From NCBI GenBank assembly GCA_951406725.2, contig OX597817.1, positions 63,674,001 to 63,738,000 of the forward strand: a stretch of 64,000 bases of DNA. Direction: 5' to 3'. The notes beneath the pieces are model-generated. The model was given only the letters and a program-made list of their open reading frames with translations, ran no database searches and was not told where the DNA came from. Positions 54,088 through 64,000 of the stretch are shown here, one piece after another; positions within the stretch are counted from its first letter, which is position 1, and each line of letters opens with the position of its first letter. Made by a program: the position numbers and the translations under genes. Source of the DNA: Octopus vulgaris. Its lineage: Eukaryota.

Positions 54088-54959
54088 GTATATAGCCATG
54101 ATATCCTGACTTCTGTTTTATATTCAGTGTATACTTTTGTTATTTTTAGCGACCTTTAAATATTTCATAAAGTCAAAGAGTAGGGAAGAAAGTGACTGAA
54201 TGTGAAAGAACTAGTGATGGCTATCGGCAAGGGAGGAATTAGTTCACATGAGAGACTTCGAGGATTAAATTGCATATGAAGTTAAAATTTTAACGTTTTG
54301 GGACCTTGCCCTTCGTATGAGAACGGGGGAGAACGAGAAAGTTGTGTTGTTTCTTTGGTTTTCACTTCTTGCCGCAAATACTATTATCGAACTCTGGCAC
54401 GAACCTTCAAACAATATAAGAAAGGAAAGGGATCGTAGTTTTCAATTTAGCTTCTCTACTTTCTGAGTTCAAACCTCGCCAGGGTCAGAAATTCATTTCA
54501 TTGTTCAGAGAGGTGAATTTAAATATCAGTCAAACGTTAGGAAGGTTTCAATAAACTTTATCTCTTCAATACATGTGTGGCCTTATTGACGTATTAGAAT
54601 TTCTACACTAATAATATTTTGTTCATTGATCAGGAGATAAATTTGAAGCGAGAAAAATCTGTACGTCGATTTAAATTCTTATTGGAAGATATTTTCATAC
54701 ATTTAAATCCCAAATTCAAATTACCCGTAAGAAAATGCATGAATATCACTTCAGCTCCTCTAATCAAACTGAAATAAAAAAGAAACATATCAATATTTCA
54801 AATGAGTTTGTTCGACATTTCTAAATTACAAAAGTTCAACCTAGTGGCCGGAACCTAATTTCAGTTTCCACAGTGTTAAGTATAAAAGAACTAGTCTATA
54901 GGAGATGGCCTTTCATTCATGAGAAACTAAACTATTCGAAGAATCCTTGCTATGAAGAT

Positions 54960-55160
54960 TCCAGAGAGAGTTTTGGGGCCATTTTCAAGTGTTGAGAGAA
55001 GACAAATGTAATAACAATGACTGAAGGAATTAAAAACCAAGGAGGAGTTGAAGCTCATATTTGAGTGTTATCATTTCTGGTTGCAGCAGGAAATTACAAA
55101 TCTTTATCCTAGATTGCAGGTTGTGGTGAAAAAGTTCTTAATTGCGTTTCCATCGCCAAA
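54960..55160 (+). mobile_element. hAT (Charlie/Buster-like) transposase C-terminal remnant
   Basis: [29 protein letters not shown] resembles the hAT dimerisation region (FW...YP.L...LIAFPSSY). Confidence 0.6.
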
Positions 55161-55512
55161 TGTATATGTGTGTATGTGTGTGTGTCTGTATATAAATGTA
55201 TATTTGTGTGTGTATGCAAATGTATATATATATAAAAATGTATATATATATATAAATTTATGTATATATATATATAAATGTACATATATATATAAATATA
55301 TATATATGAATGTATATATATAAATGCATATATATATAAATGTATATATATATAAATGTATATATATATGAACGTATATGTATATATATATGTGTGTGTG
55401 TGTAAATGTGTAAATGCGTAAATATGTAAACGTGTATGTGTATATATATATATATTTATATATTTAAATGTGTATACATACATATAGATATATATAAATG
55501 AGTATATATATA

Positions 55513-55586
<74 letters not shown>

Positions 55587-56214
55587 AGCATATGCATACA
55601 TACATATATATACGTACAAACATATATATGTACACACATAAATAAGTATATGTGTTTGTGGGCATGTGTGTATATATGCATGTATACATATGTATATGTA
55701 CATATATCTATTCATATATATCTATATGTGTGTACTTTCCCTCCTATTTATCCTCTTCCAAATTCTGTCTATCTATATCCCATTATCTATACAATTACAT
55801 AAATGACTTAAGTTAATTAGGAATCATAATGTTAATATATGTATTTGAATCTTTGTACTATCAGCAGATATGTGTTAAGGAAGTTTACTGTGAATATGTT
55901 AGTTTCCAGTATTGGACTACGATGTACAATCAAATTAATAATGAAATTAGATAATAATTTAATTAATTAAGTAATTAATTAGGAAATTAATTAATAAACT
56001 AATTTATTATTCCCACTTTATACAAATTATGTAATTTTCGTTTCGTAATTCATAATATTAAATTTTTACATCTGCATAAGGTCACAAATTTTACAGGCGG
56101 GGTAGAATTAATTTAATCAATTCCAATATGTTATTAATGGTTATTTTATGTACCTTGGAGGTACACAGAATAATCACAGGACTTAAAGAACGATAACTAA
56201 ACATATATTGTAAA

Positions 56215-56625
56215 TTTTGGTATAAGGCCAGCAATCCGGTGGGTAAGGATAAGTCGATTACATTGGTCCCAGTGCTCGGTTGGTACTTATTTTAACGGAC
56301 CCGAAAAGATGGAAGGCAAAGTCGACCTCGGCAAAACTCAGAGCTTCATGACGGACGAAATGCTGCTAAGCATCTTGCCCGGCATGCTAACGATTCTGTC
56401 AGGTCGCTGCCTTACGATAACCAAATATAGATTCCAAAGTTCAGGGGAGTGGTCAAATCGATTACATCGGCCCCAGCGTTCAACTTTTACTAATTTTTTC
56501 GAGCCTGAAAGGACGTAAAGCAAAGTCGACCTCGGCTGAATTTGAACTCGGAACGTGAAGACGGATGAAATTCCGCTAAGCAGTTTACCCGGCGTGCTAA
56601 CGATTCAACCAGTACGCCGCCTTGT
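56215..56625 (-). mobile_element. Two tandem Nin-like SINEs
   Basis: ggcaaagtcgacctcggc...gctaacgattc...cgcctt occurs twice. Confidence 0.8.
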
Positions 56626-56699
56626 GATAACTAAATATCACTATGTATTTAATTCGGTATATTACTCACCAGGCTACAAAATCTCTTATATTATATTAC

Positions 56700-56880
56700 C
56701 TTCGTATATCAGGTCTGTGAGGATGACCAGATTAGCAGCTTTACACTCTGTGGGTCCTGAGGTGGTTTATGAGGACCATTTTGGCATAAAATCCACGGTT
56801 ACAGTTGGGTCACATAATGATAGAGTCGTGACACAGTGGGATTCTTGCTTTCTGTGCAACCCTCCTCTTTCTATTTTCTC
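56700..56880 (-). mobile_element. RTE-type LINE 3' end with a terminal C2H2-like motif
   Basis: The minus strand reads *PNCNRGFYAKMVLINHLRTHRV*, similar to the RTE CPxCxRxFxARIGLxSHLRTH motif with the first Cys mutated to a stop. Confidence 0.65.
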
Positions 56881-57912
56881 TCATCAATACATATAATATT
56901 ATGTGTTGTATTATATAATATCATGATATAATATATGAGAGATAACTAAATAGCACAACGTAATTAGTTCGGCATACTTATCCTTGTTTAAAAGTTATAA
57001 AATATTATACACCTATATCTCTAATTCATATATTATGTAGCTAACAGATGAGATCAAGAGATTCTCAGTATGGAGAAAAAAAACTAAGTAACGCTCAAAT
57101 GATTCGAACTTAGACTCCGATGTCTTTACGAGGGACCAATTCGATGGAGTAAAGAGAGGCTATAAGAGAAACCAAGGTGAGCAGATATTGAGGCAATTAT
57201 GCCGATAAACAAATTTAATTTAACAGCTTGGGTTTCATATAGAAGACATATGTGTGTGTGTGTATGTGTGTATATGTGTATGTGTGTGTGTGCGTGTGTG
57301 TGTGTGCATGCAAACAAAAAGAAAGCAATGATTGAAGACTTTCAGATGAATAATATTTATGAATATATATTAATAGATCAAACTTACACAGAGTACAAAC
57401 AACAAAGAAAATTAAAGGGAAATAGATAAGGTGGTATAAGTCCGACAGCTATTTCCGGGTTCTCGGAGATCCATCATAATATTGGTAGATGTAGTGCATC
57501 ACAATATACAGGCCGTAATGGGAGCAAATGAATAATCAATATGTTATTAATTTTAATTGACTGGCAGGTTGGTTGGAGAGGGTAAAAGAGAGATACAAAG
57601 AGAGTTAGCATAGGAGATGCAGGATAAGCGCACATACTAGGCTTGGTGGCAGCAATGAACAAATCACCGTTGCACATACACACAGTGAGAGAAAGAGAAT
57701 CATAGAGACAGAGGAGGTGAAGAGGAAGAAATGATGGAGTCGTTTATAACGGTAGCATCGTAAAAAATAAGACACTTATAAAAAAGATAAAAGCAAAAAT
57801 AATTACATAGTGACAATTTATTTCTTTCGAATTAAATTTTTGTTCACGTTTCGAAATGAGTTGTAAATTTGCAAATTACTTTTACGTCTCATATATATAT
57901 ATAGATATATAT

Positions 57913-57966
<54 letters not shown>

Positions 57967-57968
<2 letters not shown>

Positions 57969-58030
57969 TGGTGCCCCAGCATGGCCACAGCTCGTGAGCT
58001 GAAACTAGATAAAATAAAATAAAATAAAAT
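57967..58030 (+). mobile_element. Isolated retroelement 3' tail (extreme 5' truncation) next to (TA)n
   Basis: ggtggtgccccagcatggccacagctcgtgagctgaaactaga followed by (TAAAA)n. Confidence 0.7.
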
Positions 58031-58124
58031 ATATATAATGAGAGAGAGAGGGGGGTGAGGCGATAGAAAGAGGCGAATGTGTAACTCCATTTTGTTAAGC
58101 CACCAGCCTATTTTGATGCTTATA

Positions 58125-58440
58125 AAAACCCCTTCAGTCATGAATGACCATAGGATTGCACTTAGAAAGTTCAACTCCAAGGTACGAGTCCCAGCAAGGT
58201 CGTTTGTGGAAGGACAGCAATCGCTCATTAATACACGCCACCGATGTTGCTCAAGGCAAAGGCCGATATATAGCTTGGCACCAGTGACGTTGTAACTTAT
58301 TTCTACAAATGAATGAGAACTGGAGTAATATGAAATAAAATGGTTTACTCAAGAATACAACACACAACCTGTTCCGGGAATCGAGCTCAGAACCTCACGA
58401 TTGTAAAGCCGACGCTCTCACCAGTCAGTCATGCGCCTTC
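58125..58440 (-). mobile_element. V-domain-like SINE, diverged
   Basis: Reverse complement of the 50203-50535 family. Confidence 0.7.
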
Positions 58441-59251
58441 ACTTGATTCTTATAACTTTCTGAAAAATACATATTTTTAATGAAATTTTACTGAGATATG
58501 TTTTTGATGGCGTAGATTGCAATCACGTTGAAAAAATTTGGCAAATTGATAACATGTATTTATTGCAAATATACACACGAGATATTTGTTTCATTTAATT
58601 TTATTTTAAGTTTATAATAATTTTTCTTTTGAAGATTAGTATTTCTTACACTATTTTGTACTAGCACTAAGAAATTTGATAAAAGTTAAATTGTAATTAT
58701 TATATATGTATGTAATATTTCCCGATATTCCTCATGAGAGCAACAGTATACTTCCATAATTATCTACCATAAGACGAGTGACATATATATGCATTATATA
58801 TGTTATAATATATAATGCATAAAATAATAGTCCAAATTTATAAGAACATAAGAAAGCGTTAGAGCGTTGCATAAACGCTTTGCTATGTTTGTTTCAACTC
58901 TCTATGTTGTGAGTTCGAATCCTGCTTTCATCTCTTCGGACTCGATAAATAAAGTACCAGTTAGCTATTTTATTTACACCCACTCACCAAAGTCAATTCT
59001 CTATCTCTCTCTCAACAACAACAACATCAACAGTAGTAGCAGCAACAGCAGCAACAACAACAACAAAAACACCAGCAAGTGGGGTTCCTTCGCGTAGGTA
59101 CTAGATTGGCTAGAAATAGTAAAAAAAAATCTCCTTCAAACAATTCCACACCTGGAAAAGGAGGGACACATTCGAAATGTATTCTTATATATACAAATAG
59201 ACGGGGTGGCCACTGCTGGAATATTTTTACTCATGGGTTTTGCTCAAGAAC

Positions 59252-59294
<43 letters not shown>

Positions 59295-59962
59295 ATACAC
59301 TCACACAATTTCAAGAAATAAACATTCATGTAAAGTGTCTATAACTGGCCACATTATGATTATTTCAAGGGACGGACGGTCGATCTGTGACATGGCAACG
59401 AGATGGAATTTTGGTTTGACAAAGTCGAGAGAAAATTGCATAAAACTCAAAAATGATACCATGAAACGAAATGTAAAGAATAAATGCTCTTGGAATGATA
59501 AAGAACATGTAAATCAATTTACTTTATACTTAAAGGTGAAAGTTGACAGAGAAGATTAAAATGTTGGTGAATGAAAAATATTTAAAGAAGAGAAAATGGA
59601 CGGTTAGTGCTATCAGTACACGACCAGTATTTGAGAAGTAGGTTTTGAAAATAAATGACTAGAAAATAGAGAAAAAGAAAGAGAAATCGAAGAAGATAGT
59701 GGAGACAGAGAAATGAATGAGTGAATAAATAAATAAATAAGATTCAGAGATCATAGAAGCCTTGAAAGTGTGACAGTAAACTAAACATTGAAATTGTGCA
59801 ATAATGAATTGTGGGTAATCATTAAACAAGCAAGCAAACATAAATAGATAGATAAATAAATAAATAATGATTTCTAAAGTAGACAAAGGCCAAGCATTTT
59901 CGCAGTGGAAGAGGATTAGTTGCTTTTATTAACACCTGTACTTGACTGGTGACACGGGAAAG

Positions 59963-61002
59963 ACGGCGAGCTGGCAGAATCTTAGTGCACTGATTTTAAT
60001 TTCTGAGTTTAAATACCACCGGGGTCGATAAAAATAGTACCTGTTGAACACTGGATCGACGTAATCGATTTGTTCTCGGCTCCAGAATTGTTGGCTTTGT
60101 GTCACAGTTTGAAACCAATTATTCGATACAGGTGAGTGTAAGAAGAGTGAAACCCGGCGGAATTTGAACTTAATAATAATAATAATGCTAATAATAATCC
60201 TTTCTACTAAAGACACAAGATCTAAAATTTGGGGGAAGTGGACTAGTCGATTACATTGATACATAATCTCTGATACTTAATCTACCGACCCCGAAAGGAT
60301 GAAAGGTAAAGTCGAACTCGGCGAAATTTGAACTCAGAACGTAGCGGCAGACGAAATACCGCTGAACATTTCGCTCGGCATGCTAATGATTCTACAGGAA
60401 GCACAAGGCCTCAAATTTATGGGGAGGGGACTAATCGGTACTTAATTTAACGACCCCGAAAGGATGAAAGACAAAGTCAACCTCCGCGGAATTTAAACTA
60501 AGAATGTGCAGACGAACGAAATACCGCTAAGCATTTTGTCCGATGTGCTAACGATTCTGCCAGCTCACTATCTTAATAATGATAACAATAATCCTTCTAT
60601 TATAGCACAAGGCCTGAAATTTGCGGGGAGGCGGTAAGCTGATTACATCGACTCCAGTGTGTAGCTGGTACTTATTTAATCGAATTCGAAAAGATGAAAG
60701 GCAAAGTCGACCTCGGCGGAATTTGAACTCAGAACGTAGCGGCAGACGAAATCCCGCTCTGCATTTCGCCTGGTGTGCTAACGATTCTGTCAGCTCACTG
60801 CCTTAATAATGATAATAATAATATTGTTTTCAAATTTTGGCACAAGGCCAGCGAGTTAGGGGAGAGGAGGTAAGTCGATTACATCGGTCCTAGTACTTAT
60901 TTTAGCGACACCGAAATACTGAAAAGTGAAGTCGACCTCGGCAGACTTTAAACTTAGAAGCATTTTGCCCGGTCAGCTAACGATTCTGCTAGCTAGCCAC
61001 CT

Positions 61003-61068
<66 letters not shown>

Positions 61069-61280
61069 TAAAATGTGGAAATCTGGAAGAAGGAGGGCGT
61101 GAAGGAGAAAATGTAGTTGAACAAGAAGATATTCTTTTATACTCTAGGCATAAGGTCCGAAATTTTTGGAGAGGGGGCCAGTCGATTAGATCGACCCAAG
61201 AACGCAACCGGTACTTAATTTATCGACCCCGAAAGGGTGAAAGGCAAAGTCGACCTCAGCGGAATTTGAACTCAGAACGT
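59963..61280. mobile_element. Cluster of about six Nin-like SINE copies: one plus copy, then a minus-strand tandem array
   Basis: Repeated cgaccccgaaaggatgaaaggcaaagtcgacctcggcggaatttgaactcagaacg units of about 200 bp. Confidence 0.85.
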
Positions 61281-61535
61281 TGATCATGAAGATATTGAGA
61301 TAAACATTTCATAAGTGTCGTTTTTGTTTGTTTGTTTTTTTTGTTTTCATTCATATTAAACACAGTAAGTAGACATATTGTTTCTTGTCAATCCGAAGAA
61401 AAATTCAAAATTAAGTAAAAAGAGAAAAAAAGGAAAATATGAAAAAATGAAAACAAAATTCTCTTTCTCCTCTTTTGTATATTTTTCCTTCTTTCCTGTC
61501 ATTGTTCTTCATTCTCTCCATCCATCTCTTTCTCC

Positions 61536-61536
<1 letters not shown>

Positions 61537-61629
<93 letters not shown>

Positions 61630-61688
61630 CTCTTTCTGTCTGTCTGTCTGCCTATCTGTCTGTCTGTCTGTCTGTCTCTGTCTCTCTC

Positions 61689-61731
<43 letters not shown>

Positions 61732-61794
61732 GTCTGTCTATCTATCTATCTATCTATCTATCTCTCTGTCTGTCTGTCTGTCTCTCTCTCTTTC

Positions 61795-61829
<35 letters not shown>

Positions 61830-61846
61830 GTCTGTCTGTCTGTCTG

Positions 61847-61910
<64 letters not shown>
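61537..61910. repeat. Compound (TATC)n/(TGTC)n/(TC)n/(TA)n microsatellite
   Basis: Directly visible; it explains the spurious 210-aa ORF. Confidence 0.95.
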
Positions 61911-61911
<1 letters not shown>

Positions 61912-63741
61912 CATTTTCCAGTATTTTTGTACAACTGTGTTTTGCCTATGCCGATGTTATTGCTCCTTAAAATGATTGGTCTTTACATAGGCGATGATTT
62001 TTGGCAATAATATCCTCTTTTTCCTTAAAATAATATCCATTTAGAACCACTTCTTTCACGGTTGCAATTTCTGAAATAGAAATGAGAGCACGAGAGAGAG
62101 AGGGAGAGATAGAGAGATTGTGTGTGCGTGTGCGCGCGCGCATTAGAGAAAGAGAGACTGAGATAACATAACAGGTTAACCACTTGATCTGTACGATGGC
62201 CCTGAACACAATCACTGCATAGAAACTAATAACATATCAGTGAGCGAATCCTTCACAAAGATCTTACACAATGAAACTACGCCTAAATTTGTTCATAATG
62301 ATTTTCAGTAAAATAGAGAAGAAAACCCGTAAATTTACAAACAGATAAATATTTTCTTTTATATTTTCGACACCATACGAAATTAATTATAGCAGCATGT
62401 TCAACAGGAATTGAGAAATTTTAGGTTGGCTAACATCTGCAATTTTATTATTTTGCAGCATTCTGAAGCGTAAGGAAATGTGATAGAAAAAAAGGTGTGG
62501 TCGGTTGCAGAGGTAATAAACATAGTGTGTTCTTTAAAGATTACTGAATTTGGCATGTAGCCTCAGAATATCACACGCGTTTATAAGAAAAGATGCTTCA
62601 GAAATAAATACAAGAGACGGATTTCCTTATTTTTTTTTTACCATTCTGAAAACGAAGAAAATGTAGTTTACATTTCTTTTTGGTTTCAGATAATATCTAT
62701 GTAAGCCAAAATTTATTGTGATGTTGCTGTTTTGCAGTTTTTATTATATATTCAAACTAATTTTGCTTTCAGCTTTTGGATTTTAGGTCGTGTTCTTTAG
62801 ATTCTGGCAAAAAAAGGAGAAATATTGATGTTTAACCTTTGGCTTTAATGAAAAACAATTCACAAAATAACAAAGCAATTTCCAAAACTCTGGATATAAT
62901 TTCAACCACAAGAAATTGTACTTCAGGCTAGTTTACATTAATATAGGTTAAAGCGTTTCAAGTGTTACTCAGTTGATACTATGTATGTATGTATGTATGT
63001 ATGTATGTATGTATGTATGTATGTATGTATGTATGTATGTATGTATGTATGTATGGATGGATGTATGTATGTATGTATGCATGTTATGACACACACTTAC
63101 ACACACATATGTATATGTATTCAACAACATGCTTCTGAGTTCAATCCCACTGCGTAGCACCTTGAGCCTTCTATAGCCTCGAGGTGACAACCATGAGTCG
63201 GATCTACTGCTCATATTGGACTTGGTACCTCTCGTCGCTGACACGTGACGAAAGGGAATCTATCTTTCTCTCCATTTCCTTCCTAAAGACAAGACTTGCT
63301 TATACCTGTCTTCTCTCATGAGCTTGTCTTCCTAGCGTTCATAATAATTTTTCTATCGTCTTGGCTCAACAGCCCTCACCGTTTGTTTTTACTGTCTTGT
63401 TCTCACTGTCCTGTTCTTGTTACCACTTCCACCCTCCGCAAAAAGTCCAAAATTTTATTTAATTTGCTTTGCGGGTAGGACTGTTTCAACGAAGTCGCGT
63501 ATTGTCCTTACCTTCGTTGCGGAGTAGATGAAACAGGGATAACTGATGACGTGGAATATTCTTTATGTTTCGTGTCTCATTTCTCTGTGGTTTTTCGTTG
63601 TTCGAAAAAATTTCGTTTTCTATGTTTTTGTTTTTATTTTTTCGTTTCTCATTGTGTTCAACGTTTTTTTTATGTTCTCTACCTATATATGCATGTATAT
63701 ATACATATGTAGGTATGTACATATATGCATATATTTACATA

Positions 63742-63787
<46 letters not shown>

Positions 63788-64000
63788 AATAATTATATAT
63801 ACATACCTGCAGTACGCCACCAACATATTACAACTCATGGTTGTTTTTGTCTCACACTCAGCTCGGTGTTATGGTGCATGGCTAGCCCGAGCGTCCTACT
63901 TAGGTTCTAATGAATCCTGTAACTAATCTGTGATTGTGTATGTGTGTGTGTATGTGTGCATGTGTGCGTGTGTGTGTGTATGTCATTGTGTCTCTGTTCG

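Noticed and set aside
56700-56880. Host C2H2 zinc-finger gene exon
   Set aside because: It is a single degenerate finger with a stop in place of the first Cys, and it fits the RTE LINE C-terminus.

Overview
AT-rich, microsatellite-dense eukaryotic genomic DNA. The repeat families suggest an octopus/coleoid cephalopod, which is my inference from recognition. Almost all ORFs in the six-frame track are translations of (TA)n, (TG)n, (TACA)n, (TATC)n or (ATT)n repeats and are not genes. The only convincing host gene is a spliced plus-strand neuropeptide precursor. Its main exon (39992-40228) encodes a signal peptide followed by KPKGNFPRL-G-KR, predicting KPKGNFPRLamide, a PRXamide-type peptide. 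It has a phase-compatible last exon at 53797-53876 and a possible upstream exon with a GC donor at 39534-39620. The rest is a mosaic of mobile elements: at least four tRNA-derived SINE families, Dong/R4, RTE, CR1 and Penelope-like retroelement fragments, and Tc1/mariner and hAT remnants. Three structures stand out. (1) A TSD-flanked, head-to-head palindromic element at 1099-1667 joins a tRNA-like Pol III head to a minimal hammerhead ribozyme, making it a candidate Penelope-mobilised SINE or retrozyme; five more hammerhead-like motifs occur elsewhere. (2) A full-length U6 snRNA fused to a retroelement 3' tail (22415-22594) lies inside a TIR element. (3) Two strong hairpins lie in the neuropeptide gene intron. 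All calls were made by eye without database searches, and repeat boundaries are approximate.
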